A stretch of 33,612 bases of DNA from a virus (taxonomy: Duplodnaviria; Caudoviricetes), in IMG/VR virus record IMGVR_UViG_3300017777_001518, positions 1-33,612 of that record, one strand, 5' to 3'. The translations under genes were made by a program, and so were the position numbers. The notes beneath the pieces are model-generated. The model made no database searches. It was not told the origin of the DNA and saw only the letters and a program-made list of their open reading frames with translations. Below are positions 8,604-17,561 of this stretch, piece by piece; position 1 is the stretch's first letter, and every line of letters begins with the position of its first letter.

Positions 8604-10083
8604 CTTTAAGTCCTATGTTGTAAATCTTAAATGAGAACTGCTCTTCATTATATATCTTCACTCGTTCCACAAAATGTTGAAGTGTAAAATTCATATGTTT
8701 TTTGTATCTGAGGTCATCTGCAATGTCATAGAGTGTCGCCATTTCTTTGCCTTCTGATTGTCTAAGGCCACGTCCAATCGATTGAAGATTTCGAACTCTT
8801 GACTTTGACGGAGACGCAAATATAATATTGTGCAAATTACGTATGTTAATTCCAGTAGAAAAAGTACCAAAACTAGCCACAACAATTGCATCATTTTCTT
8901 TCTCCATTATTCCACGAATTTCTTCTCTTGTTTCGGTATCGGTACCGCCATGAACAAAGAATACTTTACGTTCTCCAGCTTTTTCTTTAATCATATCAAA
9001 AAGAATCTTACCGTGTTTATCAACCATCTGATACAATACCAATGTATTGGTCTTTAATGATATAGTGAGATTACGAATGAATCTGTTTCTTGACTCATTA
9101 GCAATTAGATATTGAATCTCATCCACATAAGTTGCATTTTTCATTTCAGCACAAATCTCATCTGAGTGTTTAAGTACTAAACATTTAATATTAAAATCCG
9201 ATAATTGTTTCTTATCAATTAATTCTTTGGTTGTTATAACCTTCTCAACAGGTCCAAACAAACCTTCCAAGACTAACTTATGTGTTTTGGTTCCATCCAA
9301 AGTACCAGTTAGACCAATACGGTATTTTGTTTTATTGGCAGCCGTCATAATGGTTGTCAATGACTGTGCCTTGAATAGATGTGCTTCGTCACCTATAATA
9401 TAATCAAACTGTTCAAAATATTCTTTTGGCATCTGATATAATGATTGCCATGTAGATATCGTAATGGATTTATCTGTGGTCTTTTCTTTACCTTGGTAAA
9501 TTCTATGTACATGCATAAAGTTTTTAAAACCACTTTCACTTGCATAGTCACCAAAGTCTGCGTATAATTGTTCTACCAAAGATGTGGTTGGAACAATAAT
9601 AAGACCTTTAAGGTTTTGATAATCTAATAACTGCCGGCAAATAAGGTATATGATTAATGATTTACCTGATGCCGTGGGTGACAATAATAATGATCTACGA
9701 TTACGCATTGCGTGAACATAAGCATTTAATTGGTGTTCTCTTACCTCAATTGGTTCTCCGTTTGAATGAAGATTTAAAGTTTTGATAAATTTTTCTGCCA
9801 AATATACAGAGTAGTCATCTGTTAGTTCTTCTAATTCATATGTATATTCACGTTCAACACAGAATTCTTTGAGATAAGGTATGAGTCCAAGATAAATTTG
9901 ACCAGATTGTAAAGCAAACAATCGTATCTTACCGTCCCATATTCGATTCCGATAGGCTGGAACGAACTGATAACCTGGTACAAAGAAGGTGAAGAACTCA
10001 GATAACTCCATTGCAATGTGGCGTTCACAGGCCACTTTGGCAAAGACCTCATCTTTCTTAGTAATAACTAAATCATTGGCCAC
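8593..10083 (-). CDS. uvsW: UvsW SF2 helicase
   Basis: WDGKIRLF, SPTASGKS, DEAH, GLTGT, LQSIGRGLR. Start is probably GTG 10083, overlapping the uvsY end. Confidence 0.95.
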   Translation of the reverse strand: MANDLVITKKDEVFAKVACERHIAMELSEFFTFFVPGYQFVPAYRNRIWDGKIRLFALQSGQIYLGLIPYLKEFCVEREYTYELEELTDDYSVYLAEKFIKTLNLHSNGEPIEVREHQLNAYVHAMRNRRSLLLSPTASGKSLIIYLICRQLLDYQNLKGLIIVPTTSLVEQLYADFGDYASESGFKNFMHVHRIYQGKEKTTDKSITISTWQSLYQMPKEYFEQFDYIIGDEAHLFKAQSLTTIMTAANKTKYRIGLTGTLDGTKTHKLVLEGLFGPVEKVITTKELIDKKQLSDFNIKCLVLKHSDEICAEMKNATYVDEIQYLIANESRNRFIRNLTISLKTNTLVLYQMVDKHGKILFDMIKEKAGERKVFFVHGGTDTETREEIRGIMEKENDAIVVASFGTFSTGINIRNLHNIIFASPSKSRVRNLQSIGRGLRQSEGKEMATLYDIADDLRYKKHMNFTLQHFVERVKIYNEEQFSFKIYNIGLKDGK

Positions 10084-10507
10084 CGATGAATTTCTCCCAT
10101 GAAATGAAGTCACGCAGTTGCCATGTTCTTTGTTTTAATTCATTCATAATTGATTCAACCACGGATGTGACTTCTTCATGGTAAACCTTCTTCTCAAGCA
10201 ATTTAATAAGGTCAGCATCCGCTTCTAGGTATGTGGTTATGTCAGACTTGAGAGCAAACTGGAATGGTTCCCAACCATAATCTTCTAATTCTTGTTGTGA
10301 CATTTTACCTGTAAAGTATTCCCATTTAACCTTACGCATACGTAGGTAATCAAAATGAGCCTTTTTAGAGGCAATTTTATGTTTGGTGAGAATAGAAAGG
10401 TACTTACTGTGATATACAGGTATCTTTAATAATTCTTTGGATGGTTCCGTTTGGTCTATAACGGCATCCGATTCCCACATTTTTAATATTTGTTCAAGTG
10501 TTTCCAT
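10073..10507 (-). CDS. uvsY: UvsY recombination mediator
   Basis: HSKYL, KWEYFTGK, YLEADADL, ISWEKFIGG; upstream of uvsW. Confidence 0.9.
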   Translation of the reverse strand: METLEQILKMWESDAVIDQTEPSKELLKIPVYHSKYLSILTKHKIASKKAHFDYLRMRKVKWEYFTGKMSQQELEDYGWEPFQFALKSDITTYLEADADLIKLLEKKVYHEEVTSVVESIMNELKQRTWQLRDFISWEKFIGGQ

Positions 10508-10548
10508 ATAAATTTTTTAATATAATCAATAAGTTACATAATAAAAAC

Positions 10549-10577
10549 ATTATAACATAAAAGTACTATGTTGTCAA
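10549..10577 (-). promoter_or_regulatory. Perfect sigma70 promoter for uvsY-uvsW(-g55)
   Basis: TTGACA (10577-10572), 17 nt, TATAAT (10554-10549), extended TG. Confidence 0.9.
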
Positions 10578-11078
10578 GTATCTATATGATTGATACCTAA
10601 ATGTTGCCTTTGCAGTAATGATAGTATCGGCCGATGCTTTGGTATCAAACTGAATATCACTTAAAGTTAATGGAAATACATTAGTAAATTCAATTCTTAA
10701 TATTGGATTATTCAGCGCACTTAATACTGTTAAAAAAGCATCCGAAAAATATTCACTTCTTTGTAATTCTCTGTTATAGGTACGTTTTTCAAATCCATCG
10801 GGGTTTGCAATGGAAGTAAACCAATCATAGATATTTTTCCATGAGTCCAATTCTTCATCAATCACAAACGATATATCAAGCGGATCATATGTTAATTTGG
10901 TACCAGGAGAATACATATCCAAAAATGGAGTCTCTCTAATGACTTCACCCAATGTTACACCAGGAAGATTTACTTCTTGGCAAAAATACTGCACCGTCTG
11001 AATACGTGAGAACGTCAGTAAGAATTTTGTGGGCTGTAATGGATTAGTGTTCTGTGGATTTCTATTCAATAAAGGCAT
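10566..11078 (-). CDS. 3: Tail tube terminator / tail completion protein gp3
   Basis: NPLQPTKF, QYFCQEVNLPG, PGTKLTYDPL, VDE-like, FPLTLS; AAGGAG RBS before ATG 11078. Confidence 0.88.
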   Translation of the reverse strand: MPLLNRNPQNTNPLQPTKFLLTFSRIQTVQYFCQEVNLPGVTLGEVIRETPFLDMYSPGTKLTYDPLDISFVIDEELDSWKNIYDWFTSIANPDGFEKRTYNRELQRSEYFSDAFLTVLSALNNPILRIEFTNVFPLTLSDIQFDTKASADTIITAKATFRYQSYRYLTT

Positions 11079-11096
11079 TAATTTCTCCTTATACAT

Positions 11097-11104
11097 TATT
11101 TAGG
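11097..11104 (-). promoter_or_regulatory. Late promoter variant (CCTAAATA) for g3
   Basis: TAAATA core between the g23 terminator and the g3 RBS. Confidence 0.6.
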
Positions 11105-11108
11105 AGCC

Positions 11109-11167
11109 AAAAAAAAGACCACCTTGTGGGTGGTCTTTTAAAATGTCACTCTTTGGTGACTTTTTTT
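11109..11167. terminator. Terminator(s) after g23, probably bidirectional
   Basis: GACCACC-ttgtg-GGTGGTC with U8 on the minus strand; second hairpin GTCAC-tctttg-GTGAC followed by T7 on the plus strand. Confidence 0.8.
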
Positions 11168-12497
11168 ACATCAAGTTTTTAACTTGGAAGATGCGGTAGT
11201 AAACGTTTGTACGTGCATCCAAACGGCCATCGCCTTTTGTAATACCACGAGCAAATGGGTTTGCAACCATGCCGTAACGAGTCTTAAATCCAATTTTTGG
11301 TTGGAATGTATACTGGTCAACTGCACGAACCATTTGCAACGGTACATATGGGCAATAGAAGATACCAGCGTCATAAGGAGAAGAACCCTTATAACCGATT
11401 GTAACCAATTCTTGGTTCGATGTATAACCACCGAAATAAGGATCGATATAAACCTTGATACGACCATGCAACATACCAGCAAATGTATTGCCTGTATCGT
11501 CAACTTGTAGGTCAGCAGACAAAGCAGGAGTGTAAGATAACACACCAGCCATTGCCATAGCAGAAGCTACGTCAGAAGAAACAATAAGTACGTTACCTTT
11601 ACCACGACGAGTTTGCTTAGCGATTACGTTAGCATCACGTTCAATTTGGAAAATCAAACCTTTGAAACGTTCAACAGACCAACGACCGTTAGAGTCGGTG
11701 TCCAAGTCGAATGCACCAGCAGTTGTAACACCATACTGAGCACCTGCAACGGCACAAGTATAGATAGTACGAATAACTTCACGGTTGATTTCAGCCAAGA
11801 TTTCTGTAGACAGAATGTTTGACAATTCTGTTTCAGCATCCAAACCATGGATTGCCTTCAAGTCTTGTGCCAACTCAAGTGAGTATTCGGCTTTCAGAGC
11901 ACGTGATTGAGCAGTTACAGTAACTTTCTCAATTGAGAATGCCATTTGGTTGAATACACCAGTAGCATCATCAGCACCCAAACCTTCAGCAGTAGCTGTT
12001 GGGATTGGAATACCAGTTGTATACAGATTACCTGTTTCAGCACCAGCGTTGGTCTTAATATCGGTTGCGTTGTTACCAACAAAACCGTATGGGTTTGCAG
12101 ATGAATTACCACCTGAGAAAATCGTATTAGCTTCGTTGAAGAACGATTCTGTACCAGCTGGTGTGTTGTAACGAGCACGCATTGCGAAAATCAAACCGGT
12201 AGGACCAGTCATTGGCTGAACGCCAGCAACGTCATAAGCGATAAGATTAGGCAAAGCACGGCGAACCAAACTAATCAAGATTGGGTCATAGTTTTGAATA
12301 CCAGCACCTGTAGCGTTTGCAGGCGCTGCAGAATAAGTAGTCTCATTCAATGACTGTGCGTCTTGACGCATAGCTTGTTGTTGGTTTTCCAAAACAAGAG
12401 CAGTAACTGCTTTCTTGTATGGATCTTTAATGGCTTCAAGTTCTGGATGATTCAGAACTGGATCCCATTTCTTTTGTAATTCTTCGGTTAGATACAT
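11166..12497 (-). CDS. 23: Major capsid protein gp23
   Basis: GVQPMTGPTGLIFAMR, SRALKAEYSLELAQDLKAIHGLDAE, FQPKIGFKTRYG; possible gp21 cleavage site LNE. Confidence 0.98.
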   Translation of the reverse strand: MYLTEELQKKWDPVLNHPELEAIKDPYKKAVTALVLENQQQAMRQDAQSLNETTYSAAPANATGAGIQNYDPILISLVRRALPNLIAYDVAGVQPMTGPTGLIFAMRARYNTPAGTESFFNEANTIFSGGNSSANPYGFVGNNATDIKTNAGAETGNLYTTGIPIPTATAEGLGADDATGVFNQMAFSIEKVTVTAQSRALKAEYSLELAQDLKAIHGLDAETELSNILSTEILAEINREVIRTIYTCAVAGAQYGVTTAGAFDLDTDSNGRWSVERFKGLIFQIERDANVIAKQTRRGKGNVLIVSSDVASAMAMAGVLSYTPALSADLQVDDTGNTFAGMLHGRIKVYIDPYFGGYTSNQELVTIGYKGSSPYDAGIFYCPYVPLQMVRAVDQYTFQPKIGFKTRYGMVANPFARGITKGDGRLDARTNVYYRIFQVKNLM

Positions 12498-12535
12498 TAG
12501 TGTTCTCCTTATGAGTATCTTTTATTGGTAAATTT

Positions 12536-12543
12536 TATTTATT
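12536..12543 (-). promoter_or_regulatory. Late promoter (AATAAATA) for g23
   Basis: Near-consensus T4 late box about 40 nt upstream of the ATG. Confidence 0.7.
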
Positions 12544-13807
12544 TAACCAATGTTTTAGAGATTGTTTGAGCATACTGTGCGATTTCTGAGTCAACATAAC
12601 CCGTAGGTTTTTTGTCATCTTCGATAATCACTTCTTCGTTCAATGCAGAACTGCCAGATGTATTAACTGGTTCATTGAAATATGATTCTCTCAATGTTAC
12701 CAATTTGTCTGCGAATTCTTCGTCAGTAGTAAACTCCACACCCTCTGCGAGTGATTTCATTTTTTCTACTTGAGTCTGCGTTAGGCCTTCACATACTGCA
12801 TGTATAGCCTCTGTTTTTTTAGATTCGTTTAATTCTTTTTTCATATCAACGGCAGATTGAATCTGTTCGTTTAATGAAGATTCCAGTTCTTGAACTTTAG
12901 TTGTCAACTCTTCAACAACGTCCACTTTTTCTTCTGGAATGTCAATGTAATGAGCTTCGAATAGGTCTTTCATACCATTAATGAAAGATTCCACGATTTC
13001 AGCACGTAGACCTTTTTCAACGGCCAATTGGTTTTCTTTGATCCATTCTTCGGCCATGTAATTGATGTAATCGTCCAACTTGGTAGCCAAGTCTTCTTTG
13101 ATTTCTTCAATAGCAACTTCAAATTCTTCGAATAAAGCCTGTTCGATATCTTCCATAACAGCTTGTGTCCGTGCGATAACAGCAGCTTCGAAAATTGTAG
13201 TGGCTTTTTCTTTGAATTCTTCAGAAAGATTTTCGCCAGACAATAGAGCATCAACGTCTTGTTCCATTTGCTCTTTCATCTTTTCTTTCTTCATCATTTT
13301 CTTAATCATGGCTTTGTCTTGCTTAGCGTCTTCATGACCTTCTTCTTTTTCTTCAGCAACTACTTCACCATTTTCTTCGGTTTCTTCACCGTAAGACTGG
13401 AATGTAGCACCTGGATTAGACTGCATGGTTTGTTTGGCCAATTTGGCTTTCACACGGTCACGAATAGATGAATAGTCTGTTGCTGGTTCTTGTACTGGTG
13501 TAGTACCTGAACCTGAATCGCTTGGTTGACCAGACAACTTCTTCATTGGTTCTGAACCAACTGGTGGTGTAGCACCTGGAGGTGTTGCTGTTGGTGTACC
13601 TTTGGTGTAGTCTCCACCTTGGTCACTCAATTTGTCAACAACGCCTGCAACTTCACCTGCATCTTTTTGGCCTGTTACAACCGATGTAGGTAATTTAGAT
13701 GGTTTGTCTTTGCCGCCTTGTTTAGACGAAATGTTAGATTGAAAGTTTTCTTTGGCACCTTCAGTCAAAACTGCTTTAGCGGCATCTGCTAGATTTAAAT
13801 TTCCCAT
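12539..13807 (-). CDS. 22: Prohead core scaffold gp22
   Basis: LSEEFKEKATTIFEAAV, LDDYINYMAEEW, LFEAHYIDIPEEK; lies between g21 and g23. Confidence 0.92.
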   Translation of the reverse strand: MGNLNLADAAKAVLTEGAKENFQSNISSKQGGKDKPSKLPTSVVTGQKDAGEVAGVVDKLSDQGGDYTKGTPTATPPGATPPVGSEPMKKLSGQPSDSGSGTTPVQEPATDYSSIRDRVKAKLAKQTMQSNPGATFQSYGEETEENGEVVAEEKEEGHEDAKQDKAMIKKMMKKEKMKEQMEQDVDALLSGENLSEEFKEKATTIFEAAVIARTQAVMEDIEQALFEEFEVAIEEIKEDLATKLDDYINYMAEEWIKENQLAVEKGLRAEIVESFINGMKDLFEAHYIDIPEEKVDVVEELTTKVQELESSLNEQIQSAVDMKKELNESKKTEAIHAVCEGLTQTQVEKMKSLAEGVEFTTDEEFADKLVTLRESYFNEPVNTSGSSALNEEVIIEDDKKPTGYVDSEIAQYAQTISKTLVK

Positions 13808-13834
13808 TTTGAGAATCTCCTTGTATATAATGGA

Positions 13835-13842
13835 TATTTATA
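13835..13842 (-). promoter_or_regulatory. Late promoter TATAAATA for g22
   Basis: Exact T4 late consensus. Confidence 0.85.
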
Positions 13843-13843
13843 A

Positions 13844-14488
13844 TTAAAGTTTTTTGATGAAATTTTCGAATATTTTTAAACTGACTTGTTCAATCTGTTT
13901 TTTAGAAGCTTGACGAATTTCTTGCTTTGCTTCTGCCAACTGAACTTCAGTCCAATTTCCATTTATCATCATCCACTCTTTACCTTCCATGATACCTTGT
14001 ACAAAAGCACCAGGTGCGGAAGGGTCTGCTACTATATCTGCCGCTGTGGCTAGACAAAAATCACCTTGAACAACGTTGATTCCGTTTTCCATTTTAAGAG
14101 AACCCATACCTCTAGATGATACTCCTAATTGAGCACCACCTTCGATAAGGTTTCTCGCAATGTTACCCATAGGGGTTTCAAGGATTTTAGCTTTGCCTAT
14201 CCAAGCATTTCCTTCTTGGCGTAAACCCACAATTAAGTGAGACACACGGTCGAGATTAATGGATGGGGTGTCTGGATGACCCAGTTCACCAAAGGCACGG
14301 TTTTTATTAATATATTCTTCTGTATAACGATTAACCTCAGTACGCATAACATCTTCTTTGTACATACGTTTGTTTTTATTAACCGTCTCAGCGACAAGAA
14401 AAGTACCTTCAATAAAAAGTTCTTTCTTGCCGTCTTTTTCTTCTATTAAGTAATTTACCGATTCGGTAATTTCTTTAATGAGTTTCAT
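13844..14488 (-). CDS. 21: Prohead protease gp21
   Basis: RAFGELGHP, LDRVSH, GVSSRGMGS, DIVADPSAPGAFV. Confidence 0.96.
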   Translation of the reverse strand: MKLIKEITESVNYLIEEKDGKKELFIEGTFLVAETVNKNKRMYKEDVMRTEVNRYTEEYINKNRAFGELGHPDTPSINLDRVSHLIVGLRQEGNAWIGKAKILETPMGNIARNLIEGGAQLGVSSRGMGSLKMENGINVVQGDFCLATAADIVADPSAPGAFVQGIMEGKEWMMINGNWTEVQLAEAKQEIRQASKKQIEQVSLKIFENFIKKL

Positions 14489-14501
14489 TATAGGCTTTCT
14501 G

Positions 14502-15032
14502 TTATGGTTTTAGATTATATGGTGGGTAATTGAATGCGGCAGGATCATTAAACTGACCACGTTGATAATGAGCATTATTTTTACGCACCTCAACAACCAT
14601 TGTATAAGAATCATTTGCAACCATACCACGGGTTATAACACCAATATCACCTTTACAATTTGCATTTGGATAGGCATTGTTTGGAATAGTTGTCCAGTTG
14701 CCCATACCATCAAATTCACCGTTGCCGTTCATGGCTATTAATGTTCTTTGATTTGCTGTATCTGATCCAGTAGACCAAATTAATGTAACATCGCCACCAG
14801 CAGAACAGTCATACCATAAACGATTTAAAGCTAAACCATAATATGATAATGCAGAACCACCATTGGATAATAAATCTGGAGTACCATTTGCGTTTAATGC
14901 GCCATATAAAGAATTTGCAGTAATTCTAGATACGTTTGATTCTTGACCAGTACCATCAAATGATGCTGTTAATTTAATAACCGCATGTTCTGTGGTATCT
15001 TTAATTACCTGATATGTAAATGAATTTGACAT
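14502..15032 (-). CDS. Hypothetical, probably virion structural protein
   Basis: Beta-rich 176 aa inside the head operon; AGGA RBS. Confidence 0.7.
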   Translation of the reverse strand: MSNSFTYQVIKDTTEHAVIKLTASFDGTGQESNVSRITANSLYGALNANGTPDLLSNGGSALSYYGLALNRLWYDCSAGGDVTLIWSTGSDTANQRTLIAMNGNGEFDGMGNWTTIPNNAYPNANCKGDIGVITRGMVANDSYTMVVEVRKNNAHYQRGQFNDPAAFNYPPYNLKP

Positions 15033-15043
15033 TTTATTTCCTG

Positions 15044-15229
15044 TTAAACTGCGGTATCTTCTACTTCAGCATTCTGTGACTGATTGAAAAGAGTTTTTGC
15101 TAATTGTTGTTTATGGTTATCGATATGAGCCATAACTTTATCTTGAATGGCAGAATACAAAGCATCACGCATTTCAGTTGCTTTTCCATCTTCCGCATAA
15201 TCTACAATTGCTCTTGTTGTTTCTGACAT
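15044..15229 (-). CDS. Small prohead core protein (gp67-like position)
   Basis: Short helical ORF immediately after g20; GGAG RBS and late promoter. Confidence 0.65.
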   Translation of the reverse strand: MSETTRAIVDYAEDGKATEMRDALYSAIQDKVMAHIDNHKQQLAKTLFNQSQNAEVEDTAV

Positions 15230-15248
15230 ATTATTCTCCAAATTAAAT

Positions 15249-15256
15249 TATTTATA
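15249..15256 (-). promoter_or_regulatory. Late promoter TATAAATA
   Basis: Exact consensus overlapping the g20 stop. Confidence 0.8.
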
Positions 15257-16925
15257 GTATACGTTTCAGTCTAGTGAAAGTATTTACTTCTTCTTTTTTT
15301 GCCGCTGACTTTTGTTTCTGTGTTTCCATTTCAGCTTGCGCCTTCAAATCTTCAGGATGAGTAGGTTGAGCAGGTATACTAGATGCCATTTGTTGTTGCG
15401 CAACGTCATTCATTACACCAACAGGCAATCCTAATCCCTCTTCTTTCTCTTTATCTATCTCAGTTTCCATTTCTTTAATTTGGTCATCTGTCAATCGCAA
15501 CACATTGCGTTGAATCCATGCTTGTGAAAAATAACGACCAGTATATGGATCAACAGCACCCAATAAACTCAATCGTTGATTCATCAATTCAGCTTCTTTC
15601 AGTTCAGCAAAATTATTATCTTTAATGAAGTCATAATGGATATTCTCTTTAAATATATCCCATTCTTCTGCTGTACAAATACCTTTGAGTACACATTGAA
15701 TTCTCAATGCTTGGTCAAACATATCTGTAAATTTGTTACGTAACCGATCCACAAATTTAGAAAACTTTAATTCGTCACGGGTAATTTCAGAGGTACGACC
15801 CAATGAAAAACCCTGATTAGGTTCTAATCTAGAAATTGGTACAGACAATGCGCCATACAATTTCTTTTGGAAATACTTAACGTCTTCCAATTCACCTAGG
15901 TTCTGGCCGCCAGGTAATGTGGTAATCTCAGTACCTTTACCACCTTCACGGCGAGGTAACCAAAAGTCTTCCAACATAGACATGTGTTTGCGGTCATCAC
16001 GCACTTCACCTGTATTCGAATCATATACAAGTTTGTTCTTGTATTTCACCATAATATCACGGAGATATTGCTCTGCTTTTAATTTTGGTAGATTACCTAC
16101 GTCAATATAAAAGATGCGGCGTTCTGGAGCTCTCGAAATTCGGTAAATCACCGTTGCATCTTCAATCATCCTAAGTTGATTGAGAGGTTTGATAGCTTTA
16201 TGTAGATAACTCAGAACGACTGCTCTACGTGAATCCATTAGACCAGAAACAATTGAAACAATTGAATCTGTTGTAATACGAATACCAACTGGACCAAAAT
16301 TAGATGATGCACCAGTTACAACTTTATCATTGTAAATATAATATTCATTGACCGTTTGCATAACATCTGCACCGGTGCGCTCATCTTTTTGTTTCTTCAT
16401 CTCACGTACTTTACGTAGTTTACGTGGATCGATATATCTTAGTTCTTTAATACCTTCTGTAGGTTTTTCTTTATCAATAATGGCATGATAATATAACCTA
16501 CCATCAACATAGTACCTACGAAAAACATCTTGTGCCATGTTTTGATAATTTAACAAACGCAAGAGAATCTGAAACTCATCTTTGATTGCTTTTTTAATCT
16601 TATCTGGCGCTTTTAAATTATCTAAAATAATGTCTGTAATTTTACCATCATCATCTTGTACTATAGCCTCATTAACTATATCATCTATTGCAGATTCAAT
16701 TTCTGGCTGCATTGCCATTTCACGATAACGAGAAATGAGTTCTACCTCATTCTTTGCGGTACCGTCTAGGTCAACGTATGTGCCATAATAAGCGGCAGAC
16801 GTAATAGTTAATGCGCCATCGTCCGTAGCCGGAGGCGAAAATGATTGCTGAGTTGCTTTTTGCAACTCATCTTTCTCACGGGATATCGTAAAACCGAAAA
16901 GTGAAAATTTATTTGTATTAGCCAT
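15252..16925 (-). CDS. 20: Portal protein gp20
   Basis: IYRISRAPERRIFYIDVGNLP, EDFWLPRREGGKGTEITTLPGG, EITRDELKF. Confidence 0.98.
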   Translation of the reverse strand: MANTNKFSLFGFTISREKDELQKATQQSFSPPATDDGALTITSAAYYGTYVDLDGTAKNEVELISRYREMAMQPEIESAIDDIVNEAIVQDDDGKITDIILDNLKAPDKIKKAIKDEFQILLRLLNYQNMAQDVFRRYYVDGRLYYHAIIDKEKPTEGIKELRYIDPRKLRKVREMKKQKDERTGADVMQTVNEYYIYNDKVVTGASSNFGPVGIRITTDSIVSIVSGLMDSRRAVVLSYLHKAIKPLNQLRMIEDATVIYRISRAPERRIFYIDVGNLPKLKAEQYLRDIMVKYKNKLVYDSNTGEVRDDRKHMSMLEDFWLPRREGGKGTEITTLPGGQNLGELEDVKYFQKKLYGALSVPISRLEPNQGFSLGRTSEITRDELKFSKFVDRLRNKFTDMFDQALRIQCVLKGICTAEEWDIFKENIHYDFIKDNNFAELKEAELMNQRLSLLGAVDPYTGRYFSQAWIQRNVLRLTDDQIKEMETEIDKEKEEGLGLPVGVMNDVAQQQMASSIPAQPTHPEDLKAQAEMETQKQKSAAKKEEVNTFTRLKRIL

Positions 16926-16951
16926 ATTTTTAAATTAATTATAAAGTCAAG

Positions 16952-16980
16952 AAAACATAAAGGAGGGTGATTAACCCTCC
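16952..16980 (-). terminator. Probable intrinsic terminator after g19
   Basis: GGAGGGT-5 nt-ACCCTCC followed by UUUAUGUUUU. Confidence 0.7.
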
Positions 16981-16987
16981 GTAAAAA

Positions 16988-17533
16988 TCAGGTAGTTGTA
17001 TCGTCTGTTTGCCACCATTGATATGCAAACGTTGTTTGATACTCTTCAATTGCGTCATTTGAACCCCAATCTAAATCGATTGGAGCCAAATCAATTGGGA
17101 ATAAACCAACAAAGTTGTATTTCTTTAGTGTGTTACCTGTTTTGCCAAATTGTGTGACAGTTGCATCAACTGAATAACCATTTGAACCAGCTGCAGCTCC
17201 GTTACGCACGTTACCTGCATGGCTGTTGATAGCATTCATCCATGATTCAAGACTATTTCTAATTGAAAAATCTTCATCATTGATGATTGTTAATGTCCAG
17301 TCCGCAAAAGTTCTGTTACCAGCAAATTTCATCTCACGACCGAAATAATATACTGGTACAGTTCCGATTGTCGAACCTGGTAGTTGTGCAGTCTTGGCCA
17401 TAAATGTTACTTTTTGACCAGACGCAACGCTGTTGAGTGCAATATTTGGAAAAGTTAGAGTCACTGCAAATAGATTAGGACGGGCACCGTCTCCAATCAT
17501 TTGTGCTCTAAAATCTGCTACATTGAATGCCAT
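16988..17533 (-). CDS. 19: Tail tube protein gp19
   Basis: GARPNLF, AGNRTFADWTLTIINDEDF, IDLDWGSNDAIEEY. Confidence 0.96.
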   Translation of the reverse strand: MAFNVADFRAQMIGDGARPNLFAVTLTFPNIALNSVASGQKVTFMAKTAQLPGSTIGTVPVYYFGREMKFAGNRTFADWTLTIINDEDFSIRNSLESWMNAINSHAGNVRNGAAAGSNGYSVDATVTQFGKTGNTLKKYNFVGLFPIDLAPIDLDWGSNDAIEEYQTTFAYQWWQTDDTTT

Positions 17534-17553
17534 TCTTTTCTCCTGTTATTGTT

Positions 17554-17561
17554 TATTTATT
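17554..17561 (-). promoter_or_regulatory. Late promoter (AATAAATA) for g19
   Basis: Near-consensus box overlapping the g18 stop. Confidence 0.65.

Noticed and set aside
11171-13254. Alternative-frame minus-strand ORFs inside g23 and g22
   Set aside because: No recognisable motifs. They are expected by-products of codon bias in highly expressed genes.
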